Assembly (NCBI GenBank): GCA_963733195.1
Contig: CAVTCR010000064.1
Location: 1 to 64,000, forward strand
Source: an uncultured delta proteobacterium
GTDB lineage: Bacteria > Desulfobacterota > Binatia > Bin18
Reading direction: 5' to 3'
DNA length: 64,000 nt
The notes under the pieces are model-generated. The model had not been told where the DNA came from. It did no database searches and worked only from the letters and a program-made list of their open reading frames with translations. The first letter of the stretch is position 1, and the number at the start of each line of letters is the position of its first letter. Both the position numbers and the translations under genes were made by a program. Below, in pieces: positions 55,490-64,000 of the stretch.

Positions 55490-56548
55490 ATGATGCACTA
55501 TGTCTATGCCGGAGCAGCACCGTGGAGTGGAGCGAGTCCAACCGATCAGCCTGGTGGCCTTTTCCGCCAGGTGGTTGGGAGCCACGAATGGCAGCATTTA
55601 AATAACGGGCTCCCAGAAAAAGCAGAGATCCGTGCGATTGCTATCCATCCACAGAATTCACAGATTGTCTATATCGGCACGCAAGATGGCCCCTATCGTA
55701 GTAGCGACAGTGGCGATCATTGGGAGCGGTTGAATCTTCCAGATTCTAGGATGGTGATCTGGTCGATTCTCTTTCATCCACAGAACCCGCAGACGCTGTA
55801 CCTGGGTGCCGCACCACCGGCGATCTATCGCAGCGACAACGGTGGAGATAGTTGGCGGCGATTACCCATCATCGAACCTGCAGGAATGGTGAAGATGGGC
55901 TTTCCGTGTCGAGTCATACGTATGACAGTAGACCCAAGCAATCCGAACGAGCTGTATGCTGGACTCGAGGTCGGTGGTGTGATTCGCAGCCTTGATGGCG
56001 GCGAAACCTGGAATGATTGTACAAAAGAGTTACTCAAATTCACTGAGCAGGATCATCTCAAAAGCCAACTCGTCAGTGATACTCAAACTGAAGGGATGAT
56101 GGATTCACATGCCCTCAGTGTGAGTGCAGCACGACCAGGCACCGTGTTCCTCGCTACCCGTATGGGCCTCTTCTGTAGCCCTGATCGCGGAGAAACGTGG
56201 CAGGAAATGGAGATTTGGCGACATTCACCCTTGTCCTATGCACGTGATATTCAAGTCGCGCCACATGATCCCACCATGCTCTACGCCGCACTGAGTCCTG
56301 CCGCAATGAGCAATGCAGGTTCACTCTATCGTAGTCAGGATCTTGGACAGAACTGGCAGCGCTTTGATCACGATGTGACCGTGAAGAGCACAATGATGAC
56401 GGTTGCGCTGAGTCCGAGAGACGCCAAGGTTGTGTACTGCGCTACGCGCAAGGGTCAAGTGCTTGGCACTCAGGATGGGGGAAAAACTTGGGCTGAGTAT
56501 CCACTCCCGGCAGCGAAGCAGGATGTGTATGCGTTGGCTTGTACCTAA
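55490..56548 (+). CDS. BNR/Asp-box beta-propeller protein
   Basis: Repeated S.D.G.tW motifs. Confidence 0.85.
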   Translation: MMHYVYAGAAPWSGASPTDQPGGLFRQVVGSHEWQHLNNGLPEKAEIRAIAIHPQNSQIVYIGTQDGPYRSSDSGDHWERLNLPDSRMVIWSILFHPQNPQTLYLGAAPPAIYRSDNGGDSWRRLPIIEPAGMVKMGFPCRVIRMTVDPSNPNELYAGLEVGGVIRSLDGGETWNDCTKELLKFTEQDHLKSQLVSDTQTEGMMDSHALSVSAARPGTVFLATRMGLFCSPDRGETWQEMEIWRHSPLSYARDIQVAPHDPTMLYAALSPAAMSNAGSLYRSQDLGQNWQRFDHDVTVKSTMMTVALSPRDAKVVYCATRKGQVLGTQDGGKTWAEYPLPAAKQDVYALACT

Positions 56549-56636
56549 TGTTCCGTCGCATTGATTTTACTGGGCTTGAGTTGTTCCTGTAGTGCCCCCT
56601 CACCTCACCAAATCTTTTGCGCTGAAATACTAGTTC

Positions 56637-56660
56637 GTCGGGGCGCGGCATGCCGCGCCT
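56637..56660. repeat. REP-like palindrome
   Basis: GTCG-GGGCGCGGCATGCCGCGCC hairpin between convergent genes. Confidence 0.5.
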
Positions 56661-56672
56661 CTTCTCGACTTC

Positions 56673-57356
56673 TCATTTCCCAGCAGCCGTCTCAATTCCC
56701 AGCAGTTCGACCTCGAAGATGAGTGTTGCGCCGGGTTTGATCTTTGGCGGCGCGCCACGATCACCGTAAGCAATCGATGAGGGGCAGACCAAACGGCTCT
56801 TCTCGCCAACTTTCATCTTCTGTACGCCCTCAGTCCAACACGGAACGACTTGGTTGAGCGGAAAGGTCGCAGGTTGCCCGCGCTGCACCGAACTGTCGAA
56901 TACGGTACCGTCAGTGAGCGTTCCATGGTAATGAACCTTAACCGTGTCTGTAGCCTTGGGTGATGCCCCGTTTCCAGCCTTGATTGTGGAGAACACCAAT
57001 CCAGACGCGGTCTTTGTCGCACCTTTTTCTGCTGCGGCTTTGGCAAGAAAGTCCGCTCCTGCTTTCTTTTCTACCTCAGCTCCTGCTGCCATGCGAGTCT
57101 GCTGAAGCTGCTGCACCTTTGGCATAGTTTCTTGCATGTTGACCTTTGGGGTTCGCTTGAGCACCCCATCAGTGAGCCCTGATTGCACCATCTCCAGTTC
57201 AGCCTCGCTCAGGTTAAAAGGACCCAGAGACTGGCTCAGTGCCACACCAAGTGCATAGAAAGTCTTCTGCTCGTCCGTGGTCGGGTCAGCGGCAAATGCC
57301 GATGAGAGCGCAAGACAAAACACGGCAGTCAGTACAGAAGTGAAAACTTTATGCAT
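56673..57356 (-). CDS. FKBP-type peptidyl-prolyl isomerase (FkpA/Mip-like), exported
   Basis: VKVHYHGTLTDGTVFDSS, WTEGVQ, AYG, TLIFEVEL, signal peptide. Confidence 0.92.
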   Translation of the reverse strand: MHKVFTSVLTAVFCLALSSAFAADPTTDEQKTFYALGVALSQSLGPFNLSEAELEMVQSGLTDGVLKRTPKVNMQETMPKVQQLQQTRMAAGAEVEKKAGADFLAKAAAEKGATKTASGLVFSTIKAGNGASPKATDTVKVHYHGTLTDGTVFDSSVQRGQPATFPLNQVVPCWTEGVQKMKVGEKSRLVCPSSIAYGDRGAPPKIKPGATLIFEVELLGIETAAGK

Positions 57357-57479
57357 AAAATATCCTTTTTCGTTAAACCTCCCTTTCCCATTGATCACGT
57401 ACATGAACCAATAGTGAGGAAGTCCATAAATTGATAACAGTGGAAGGCAGTCTAAGTGATCGGGGATAGACAATCAAGG

Positions 57480-57884
57480 TCAAGCTGACGCGGGGCGCTT
57501 CAGCCATTGCGGATTATTCACTAGAAGTTTCTCTCGCACACACTCGCGAGCATGCGCGAACACCAGCCCTCGGTACGAACCAGTATCAGCCTCACCCTTC
57601 CGAATACGTTGGCAGAGCTCTTTGGTTCGCTGTTGAATTGCTTTGCGTAGTTCAGACTGAGAAGATGGGCGCTCCATCACTGGCAGGAGTTGATTCAGTC
57701 GCTCCCACTCAGCGAAGAGATCTTCTTCTTCATGCTCCAGCTCACGCATGACAGCACGGAGCACGTTCGCAGCCACCCGGCCGTAGAACTGTCGCGAGCC
57801 GGTGAGATTGGGTACCGCCTCTTCATCGAGGAAGTGCGTCACTGCTTGTAAGAATTCTATGACGGTTGGACGATCTTGCATCAT
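57480..57884 (-). CDS. DUF6285-like protein
   Basis: MQDRPT..E.L.AV..FL, RVAAN, KL.V.NP. Coupled to the phosphotransferase. Confidence 0.7.
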   Translation of the reverse strand: MMQDRPTVIEFLQAVTHFLDEEAVPNLTGSRQFYGRVAANVLRAVMRELEHEEEDLFAEWERLNQLLPVMERPSSQSELRKAIQQRTKELCQRIRKGEADTGSYRGLVFAHARECVREKLLVNNPQWLKRPASA

Positions 57885-58921
57885 TCCTCCATGAGGTGGA
57901 GCAATTCCCACTCGGTCTCTGCTGTACGACGACCAATCGCTGCAAGCTCGACACTGGGATTCTGTCCGTCAAGAAACGGCTGTGTCAGCGTGAGACAGAG
58001 CACTCCCCAGCGCAGATTGCCAAAGATTTCCCAGAAATGTACACGTGCTGGATCGACAGGGTATCCACCCGCTGCTTCGTATGCACGCCAGAAATCTTCG
58101 CGCTTGCCAACCCCACCAACCGGTAGTTCATCGTTGCCAAAACGCCATGAGCGGACACACATCCAGCCGAGATCTTCTAATGGGTCACCGATGTGTGCGA
58201 GCTCCCAGTCTAAGATTGACCGCACACCGTCTGGACCGAAGATCACATTGCCCATGCGGTAGTCACCATGCACCAGCACCTGTGCTTGCTTTGCTGGCAT
58301 ATGTTGTCGTAACCAGCGGAAGGCAAGCTCAAAAGCCAGATGCGGTTCGCGTGACATCGTCTCGTACATCTCTTCAAAGCGTACGATCTCTTCCTCTGCT
58401 GGTGAACGCCCGTTTTGAGGGGCCGGGAGTCCTTCGAGACGATACTTGTCGATCGGAACACGATGAATACGCGCGAGCCGCGTGCCGAGCTGCTGCGCCA
58501 TCGTTTGTCGAGCCTGGCTGAAGTTGGGGTCGCGGAACAAGCGGCGTGGAATCGTTTCACCTTCGATCCGTTCCATGATGAAGAACGGGACACCCAAGCT
58601 GTTATCGCCCAGAAAGTATGGCTTGGGCACTAAGACGCCCTCGGCATAGACTGCCTCGATAATGTGAAACTCTAGCGTACGATCCATCACCGATTGTGGT
58701 CCTTCGAGGGGGTCACTGCGCAGGATCAAAGGCAGGGTCTCTACTTGCCCATGCGTGTGCTCGATAATTGCATCGAACGACCAGGTTTGACGTGAAGCAC
58801 CACCAGTGAGCAGTCGAAGATCTTTAATCTGCACTTGCCGAGCTTGGGAGGAACCTTTGATAAAATCGGCTAACAGAGGCGCAAGGTGCTCAGGAGACAT
58901 CTGTTTAGTTGTAGAGGTCAT
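57881..58921 (-). CDS. Aminoglycoside phosphotransferase-family (ACAD10-like) kinase
   Basis: GGASRQTW, HGDYRMGN, LDWELAHIGDP.EDLGW. Confidence 0.9.
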   Translation of the reverse strand: MTSTTKQMSPEHLAPLLADFIKGSSQARQVQIKDLRLLTGGASRQTWSFDAIIEHTHGQVETLPLILRSDPLEGPQSVMDRTLEFHIIEAVYAEGVLVPKPYFLGDNSLGVPFFIMERIEGETIPRRLFRDPNFSQARQTMAQQLGTRLARIHRVPIDKYRLEGLPAPQNGRSPAEEEIVRFEEMYETMSREPHLAFELAFRWLRQHMPAKQAQVLVHGDYRMGNVIFGPDGVRSILDWELAHIGDPLEDLGWMCVRSWRFGNDELPVGGVGKREDFWRAYEAAGGYPVDPARVHFWEIFGNLRWGVLCLTLTQPFLDGQNPSVELAAIGRRTAETEWELLHLMEE

Positions 58922-58923
58922 GT

Positions 58924-58986
58924 CACGAATTACGGATCACGTACCACGTGTCACGTATGACGTGTCGCGTAATGCGTGGTGCGTGT
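58924..58986. repeat. Degenerate heptamer array (9 units, quasi-palindromic)
   Basis: cacgaat tacggat cacgtac cacgtgt cacgtat gacgtgt cgcgtaa tgcgtgg tgcgtgt. Confidence 0.75.
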
Positions 58987-59031
58987 TTAAGGTAAGAATT
59001 CCAAGCTATTTTTGAGGGTCATCTCTGGGTT

Positions 59032-59241
59032 TTAGGAAAGGTATCCCATCGGCTCGCTTTTCAACATCTCGGCAATAATTTGTCCTTGGGTTTTCTGTCT
59101 CGGCGGTTTCTCGCTTTTCCCTTTCACTACAAACACTCCGTGGGTGTAGCGTCCCTCTCCCCGCTCGCACACGTTCCAGAGCTCTTGCCATCGTTCAGGA
59201 TACCGTACCCAGGCTCGCATCAACTCGTCTTGTTTAGACAT
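59032..59241 (-). CDS. Small hypothetical protein (69 aa)
   Basis: ATG with GGAGAG upstream. Occupies otherwise empty space. Confidence 0.4.
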   Translation of the reverse strand: MSKQDELMRAWVRYPERWQELWNVCERGEGRYTHGVFVVKGKSEKPPRQKTQGQIIAEMLKSEPMGYLS

Positions 59242-59423
59242 GCTCTGTTCTCTCCATTACAGATACTCCCCATCCTTACCGCCTCTAACAAACTTCGTCC
59301 TCCAGGTCTATCGCTTACCAACAGCTACGTAACCGACTTGATTTCCCGGGGGCCAAGTGGAATGCTACAGCTTACATTCTTAACGTCACATAGCAATTTT
59401 TTATCTCTTAAGGAGGGCAGCTT

Positions 59424-60113
59424 ATGGGTTTGCCGAACGGGATTCATCACCTAGCTATCTGTACAAAGGACATCAAGAAGCAGATTGAGTTCTTTACCGA
59501 CGTCTGCGGGATGGAACTCGTTGCGCTCTATTGGATGCATGGAGTGAAAAACACCTTCCACGGTTTTCTCAAAATGGGCGACAGTTCTTCGATTGCTTTC
59601 GTTCAGGGACCGGAAGTGGGTGAAATCCAACCCATCAAAGGAGTCTCTCATCCAGCTTGGACTGCGTCGCCAGTCGCACCCGGCGCCATGCAGCACATCG
59701 CCATGAACGTCAATACCGAAGCAGACCTCCTGAGCATGCGTGATCGCGTGCGTGACCGTGGCTATTGGGTAATGGGCCCCATAGATCATGGCTTCTGTAA
59801 ATCGATCTATTTTGCTGGCCCTGAAGGTTTGATGTTGGAGTTCTCAACCTCTGAAGGGCAGGCAATTGATGCCGAGGCATGGATTGATCCAGAGGTAGTG
59901 AAGTTAGCGGGCATCAAGCCAGAAGAATTGCAGCGCTACAAAGCTCCCGCAGCGTTCGAGTCGCAAGGCGGTAAGGTCCCACAAGTCGCCCCTGAAAAGA
60001 GTAAGTTGATGATGGAATTTCCACCCGAGAACAGCGCGGTCCTGAAGATGACAGATGAAGAGATCCTGAAGCGATTGAGCGAGACGACACCACCAGTACA
60101 GGTGCAGCGCTGA
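59424..60113 (+). CDS. VOC/glyoxalase family protein
   Basis: GIHHLAI, MQHIAM, DHGFCKSIYF.GPEG..LE. Confidence 0.88.
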   Translation: MGLPNGIHHLAICTKDIKKQIEFFTDVCGMELVALYWMHGVKNTFHGFLKMGDSSSIAFVQGPEVGEIQPIKGVSHPAWTASPVAPGAMQHIAMNVNTEADLLSMRDRVRDRGYWVMGPIDHGFCKSIYFAGPEGLMLEFSTSEGQAIDAEAWIDPEVVKLAGIKPEELQRYKAPAAFESQGGKVPQVAPEKSKLMMEFPPENSAVLKMTDEEILKRLSETTPPVQVQR

Positions 60114-60144
60114 GGAAATAGGACAGAACGCCGTGTATAAGAAT

Positions 60145-60200
60145 CACGCAACACGCATTACGCATCACGTGTTACATGGTACGTGGTGCGTGTTACGTGG
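60145..60200. repeat. Degenerate heptamer array (8 units, quasi-palindromic)
   Basis: cacgcaa cacgcat tacgcat cacgtgt tacatgg tacgtgg tgcgtgt tacgtgg. Confidence 0.75.
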
Positions 60201-60224
60201 ACTAAGTCCCCACGTTTAGTATTG

Positions 60225-60490
60225 ATCACCTCAAGTGCGACATCACCTGCTTGGCAAACAATTCGAGCGACTGCAAAACTTGCTCGTGCGGGAAACTGCC
60301 AAAGTTCACTTCAAAAATTGGTTAGGTTAAGCGAAAGTCCTTCTGTGTACGTTGCAAGCGTTGGATGCATTTTTCCGGACTGCCAAAGATTATGCAGTCT
60401 CCTTTATCAAGATCTTGATACGTAGCGCTTCCCATCACTTTTGTCAGGCCGCCTTTGTACACCTCATAGTCCTCGACTGAAAAGCAGTTT
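60225..60490 (-). pseudogene. C-terminal remnant of an LLM oxidoreductase
   Basis: IFGSPEKCIQRL...(stop)...NFGSFPHEQVLQSLELFAKQVM. Confidence 0.6.
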
Positions 60491-60536
60491 GCTATGGTGC
60501 AAAGCAAGTGAATAATTCCCCCAAAGGAGGCATACA

Positions 60537-61448
60537 ATGCGTATCGGCATGATGATCGGTGAAGGTGCGGGTGAGTCACCAACGTTGGACGAAATCATTA
60601 CTCGCGCGCAACGAGTTGAGGCTGCTGGCCTAGCCTCAGGTTGGATGGCGCATATCTTCGCGTACGACGCCATGACTATGCTCGCTCTGGTTGGACGGGA
60701 AACCAAGCGGATCGAGTTAGGAACCGCTGTCGTTGCCACCTACCCACGCCATCCTGTGGCGATGGCACAGCAAGCACTAACGACACAGGCTGCAAGTCAT
60801 GGGCGGTTTACGTTGGGGATTGGTCTCTCCCATCAAGTCGTGATTGAGAAAATGTATGGCCTGTCGTACGCACGGCGTATTTCTCACATGCGAGAGTATC
60901 TTTCTGTGCTGAAACCACTCCTGCGTGGAGAAGCGGCGAAGTATCGCGGCAAAGAATACAACGTCAACATGGGGCTCACGGTACACGGGGCGACTCCGGT
61001 GCCGATCATCATGGCCGCGCTAGGACCGCAAATGCTCGACCTTTGTGGTCGAGAAGCGACCGGCACCCTCACTTGGATGGCAGGTCACAAAGCCCTCAAA
61101 GAACACGTCGTACCTCGTATAACTACTGCCGCCCGCGAGTCTGGCAACGCCGCACCACGAGTGATTGCCGGCATGCCGATCGCAATTGCGAATGATACGA
61201 CCAAAGCCCGAGAAGTCGCTGCTAAAGTGTTTCATGTCTATCGCGATCTGCCAGCGTATCGCACGATGCTCGATCGTGAAGGCGTAGCAGAGCCCGTCGA
61301 TGTCGCATTAGTCGGCGACCCAGCAACCGTAAAAGGTGAACTAAAGCGACTCGAAGATATTGGTGTGACTGATCTCTGTGCTTTCGTTTTCCACGCCGAG
61401 CCGGGAGCGTTTGAGCGAACGGTAGATTTTCTAGGGTCGCTGACGTGA
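60537..61448 (+). CDS. LLM class, probably F420-dependent oxidoreductase
   Basis: ELGTAVVATYPRHP, GRFTLGIGLSH, AALGPQML, LPAYRTMLDREG. Confidence 0.88.
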   Translation: MRIGMMIGEGAGESPTLDEIITRAQRVEAAGLASGWMAHIFAYDAMTMLALVGRETKRIELGTAVVATYPRHPVAMAQQALTTQAASHGRFTLGIGLSHQVVIEKMYGLSYARRISHMREYLSVLKPLLRGEAAKYRGKEYNVNMGLTVHGATPVPIIMAALGPQMLDLCGREATGTLTWMAGHKALKEHVVPRITTAARESGNAAPRVIAGMPIAIANDTTKAREVAAKVFHVYRDLPAYRTMLDREGVAEPVDVALVGDPATVKGELKRLEDIGVTDLCAFVFHAEPGAFERTVDFLGSLT

Positions 61449-61498
61449 CGGAGCACACAACCCTCAATTAGACCGCAAAAGGTTGGTCCATCAAGCCT

Positions 61499-61582
61499 GT
61501 CACCCTAAGTGCAGCGAAGGGTCTCTCAAGAGAGACTTCGCGGAGTTTATCCTGAGCAAAGTCGAAGGGCTCAGAATGACAT
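61499..61582. repeat. Intergenic palindromic repeat (GTCA.CCTGAGC...CGAAGG / GCTCAGAATGAC type)
   Basis: GTCACCCTAAGTGCAGCGAAGGGTCT...CTTCGC...TCCTGAGCAAAGTCGAAGGGCTCAGAATGAC, nested inverted repeats between convergent genes. Confidence 0.55.
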
Positions 61583-61637
61583 AGCCGGGTGGTCGCATCA
61601 GAAAATGTACGAATGTCATACACTCTGGTTTAGTTTT

Positions 61638-62375
61638 CTACGACAAACTCATCCCGCCATCGATGATAATCATCTGCCCGGTCACATACGATGATAACGG
61701 CGACGCGAGGAAGAGCGAAACACCGCCCATTTCTTCCGGCGTTCCCCATCGATGCAAGGGGATCTCATTCAGTGAGTCTTCATAGCGACGCGGATGGTTC
61801 CATGTCACTTTGGTGATCTTCGTTGCCACGAGTCCAGGGGCGATGCCGTTGACACGAATACCATCGGTTGCCCAGGCTTCGGCTAATGACTTCGTGAACG
61901 TTACCAACGCTCCTTTGCTTGCACTATACGCTGGATTGCCAAACACTGCGTGGAAACTCGCACCAGAACCGACGATAACGACCGTTCCTTTTGTCGCTTT
62001 TAGCATCTCATAGAACTTCATGCAGCAGCTCATCACACTCATCAGGTTCACATCGAGTACTTTGCGAAAGTTCAGCATTTGGAACTCGGCGCGTTTGTAC
62101 ATCACAATTCCTTGTGACAACACCAGCGTATCGAGAGAGGAGAACGGCGGCTTAAGGTTCTCGACGATTGCGTCGTCCGACACATCCCACTGAAAATAGG
62201 TCATGCCAGAAAAGTCGGAGGCTTCGTCATCTGCATAGGCACTGGCTGATACTCTTGTCCCACTGACAAAGACGTTCGCACCATGGTCGCGAAACACGCG
62301 GGCAATGCCGTTCCCGATTCCACTGGAACCACCAACGACGAGGACATTCTTACCGTGAAAGTCGATTTCATTCAT
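61638..62375 (-). CDS. Short-chain dehydrogenase/reductase
   Basis: VGGSSGIG, YSASK, VNGIAPG. Confidence 0.92.
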   Translation of the reverse strand: MNEIDFHGKNVLVVGGSSGIGNGIARVFRDHGANVFVSGTRVSASAYADDEASDFSGMTYFQWDVSDDAIVENLKPPFSSLDTLVLSQGIVMYKRAEFQMLNFRKVLDVNLMSVMSCCMKFYEMLKATKGTVVIVGSGASFHAVFGNPAYSASKGALVTFTKSLAEAWATDGIRVNGIAPGLVATKITKVTWNHPRRYEDSLNEIPLHRWGTPEEMGGVSLFLASPLSSYVTGQMIIIDGGMSLS

Positions 62376-62385
62376 ACCGATATCC

Positions 62386-63348
62386 TTACGAAGTGAACGA
62401 TGAATTTTTAGAGCGTGATGAAGCGACGGCATCAAGCCACGCCAAAACTGCGTCAAGAAACGGCGGGAGACTTTTGTATAGTCGCATGGGCTCCGGCATG
62501 GTGCGGATGGTCGAAGCTAATTCAGCAGCGCGTTCGGGTTGAGTTGCGAGTTGACACAAAGGCCGTACATGCACACGGATGGTAAACACAATATTTTGCG
62601 TCCGCGGCAGACGACGCAGCGTTTGTCGTTCCATACGAATCCACAATTTGTCTCCGGCATTCTGCGCGGTGATATCGGGATTCAGTCCTTTGCGACCATG
62701 TCCCGTCGGCTGAAAGAGGGTGGGATCATCGATGAGACCCCAGTTCACTCGCCAGACCGGCTTGTCCACTTTAAGCCGATCGAAGAAGCGATCCATTGTC
62801 GAAGCAAGCTCTTCTTCGTACCCCGGAACTGGTCCATGCACGGCATTCAGCGGTTTCCCTAACTTGTCGGCGAGACGCCAGCGTGTAGGAAAACAGAGTG
62901 ACGCGCCAACAAGACGGTATACTCCACTTGCTGCGTCCAATCGCATCAAGCACAGGTCCTCCTGCACCAAGCGTCCAGCAAGATCGAGTGGGTGCAAACT
63001 CTGCTGCGTAAAATCCCACGCCTGCAGCGTCGCAAGGTTATGCAGCAGATTCCCTTCTCGTTTAAATAACGTGGGAAATCTCGCTGGCAGATGTGCCACA
63101 ATCAGTTCTAAGACTTCAGCCGATCCGTCAAAAGCTTCTGGAAGTACGGAAAAGACCTCTGGATGACGTTCACGCAGCAGCCGTTCCTTTTCCGCCAGCT
63201 CGACTACCATACTCTCATCCGGCTCGATCCAATCTTGAAGATCAAGCGGCAAGAGGTTCATTGCTAAACGAAATCGCCCAGTTTTATACGGGGCATACTC
63301 TGGTGCACACGGCAATTGCGGAGTCGTACTCTGGTCGGTCACGGTCAT
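62386..63348 (-). CDS. DUF3445 / heme-dependent oxidative N-demethylase alpha-like protein
   Basis: LVQEDLCL, LCFPTRW, HGPVPG, WRVNW, RMERQTLRRLP.T..IVFTIR. Confidence 0.85.
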   Translation of the reverse strand: MTVTDQSTTPQLPCAPEYAPYKTGRFRLAMNLLPLDLQDWIEPDESMVVELAEKERLLRERHPEVFSVLPEAFDGSAEVLELIVAHLPARFPTLFKREGNLLHNLATLQAWDFTQQSLHPLDLAGRLVQEDLCLMRLDAASGVYRLVGASLCFPTRWRLADKLGKPLNAVHGPVPGYEEELASTMDRFFDRLKVDKPVWRVNWGLIDDPTLFQPTGHGRKGLNPDITAQNAGDKLWIRMERQTLRRLPRTQNIVFTIRVHVRPLCQLATQPERAAELASTIRTMPEPMRLYKSLPPFLDAVLAWLDAVASSRSKNSSFTS

Positions 63349-63441
63349 CTTTTTAGGGAGTCACAACGGTTCGCGCAAGAGCGAGTACACAGCAGAAGCT
63401 GCACCTTTCTTTACTACGCAGTTGTAATCCATTGCAGAACC

Positions 63442-63462
63442 GTAGGGCGGGCTTTGCCCGCC
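63442..63462. repeat. GTAG-type REP palindrome
   Basis: GTAG-GGCGGGC-TTT-GCCCGCC. Confidence 0.6.
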
Positions 63463-63518
63463 ATCGCTCGGCTAGACAAATCGATATCTTAGTGTACCAG
63501 ACACATAGAGGAGGAACC

Positions 63519-64000
63519 ATGGCGCAATTGCGGCCCGTCACGAAAGACCTGTGGGTGATTGATCATCCGTTGCAGGTAGGAGGTTTACACCTCGGCACGC
63601 GCACAACCGTTGTCCGACTTTCCAATGGTGGTCTCTGGCTTCACTCACCTGGACCGCTGTCACCGGAACTTATGAATGAGATTGCAGCACTCGGATCGGT
63701 TCAGGCGATCGTCGCACCAAACGCGATGCATCACTTGTACCTCACCGAGAACCTCCGCACGTTTCCCAATGCAGCCGTGTATGTTTCTCCGGCCCTCCCG
63801 GCGAAGCTCAAAGAACAACATTCGTATGAGGTCCTGGGCGACGATCCACCAGAACTGTGGCGTAACGAACTTGCCCAACATCTCATGCGTGGTATGCCCA
63901 AGCTCCAGGAAATAGTCTTCTTTCACCACGCAAGTCGTACCCTCGTCCTGACTGATCTCGCCTTTCATATTCGGAATTCTGACTCATGGTTTACTCGGCT
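63519..64000 (+). CDS. DUF4336 (metallo-beta-lactamase-like) protein, runs off window end
   Basis: SD GAGGAGG. LWV...LGTRTTVVRLSNGGLWLHSP...VAPNAMHHLY...EIVFFHHASRTLVLTD. Confidence 0.8.
   Translation, partial: MAQLRPVTKDLWVIDHPLQVGGLHLGTRTTVVRLSNGGLWLHSPGPLSPELMNEIAALGSVQAIVAPNAMHHLYLTENLRTFPNAAVYVSPALPAKLKEQHSYEVLGDDPPELWRNELAQHLMRGMPKLQEIVFFHHASRTLVLTDLAFHIRNSDSWFTR

Noticed and set aside
58924-60200. Possible CRISPR arrays
   Set aside because: Units are 7 nt with no spacers and no cas genes are present.

Overview
Bacterial chromosomal window. Gene content and rRNA suggest an uncultured environmental lineage such as Binatia/deep Deltaproteobacteria; this is inference and unverified. Bases 1-4330 are a nested mobile element. 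A class C (IIC) group II intron is inserted antisense into an AAA-ATPase/TPR gene, and its RT is split at the KFFD|RV codons by a 2.46-kb large serine recombinase element with a 2-bp TC core. Next come cobQ, a Tat-exported nitrilase and a penicillin acylase. A sulfur-carrier operon follows (MoeB-like A, ThrC-like, MoaD/CysO, CysM, NIL protein, degenerate MoeB-like B, CysC-Sat fusion), then an ECF sigma/anti-sigma pair and a Gld-type ABC system. A Vibrio LuxR/HapR/SmcR-like TetR with a matching operator lies divergent from a luciferase-like monooxygenase. The rest holds a furan-fatty-acid-type lipid cluster, a 16S-23S rRNA operon with no tRNA and no linked 5S, and many oxidoreductases/hydrolases. 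Best leads: (1) a probable heterodimeric, eukaryote-like bacterial E1 made of two complementary MoeB paralogues; (2) the LuxR/HapR-like regulator-operator-LLM module; (3) the recombinase element targeting a group II intron RT. Many genes carry small frameshifts, probably long-read errors. All family assignments come from recalled motifs, not database searches.
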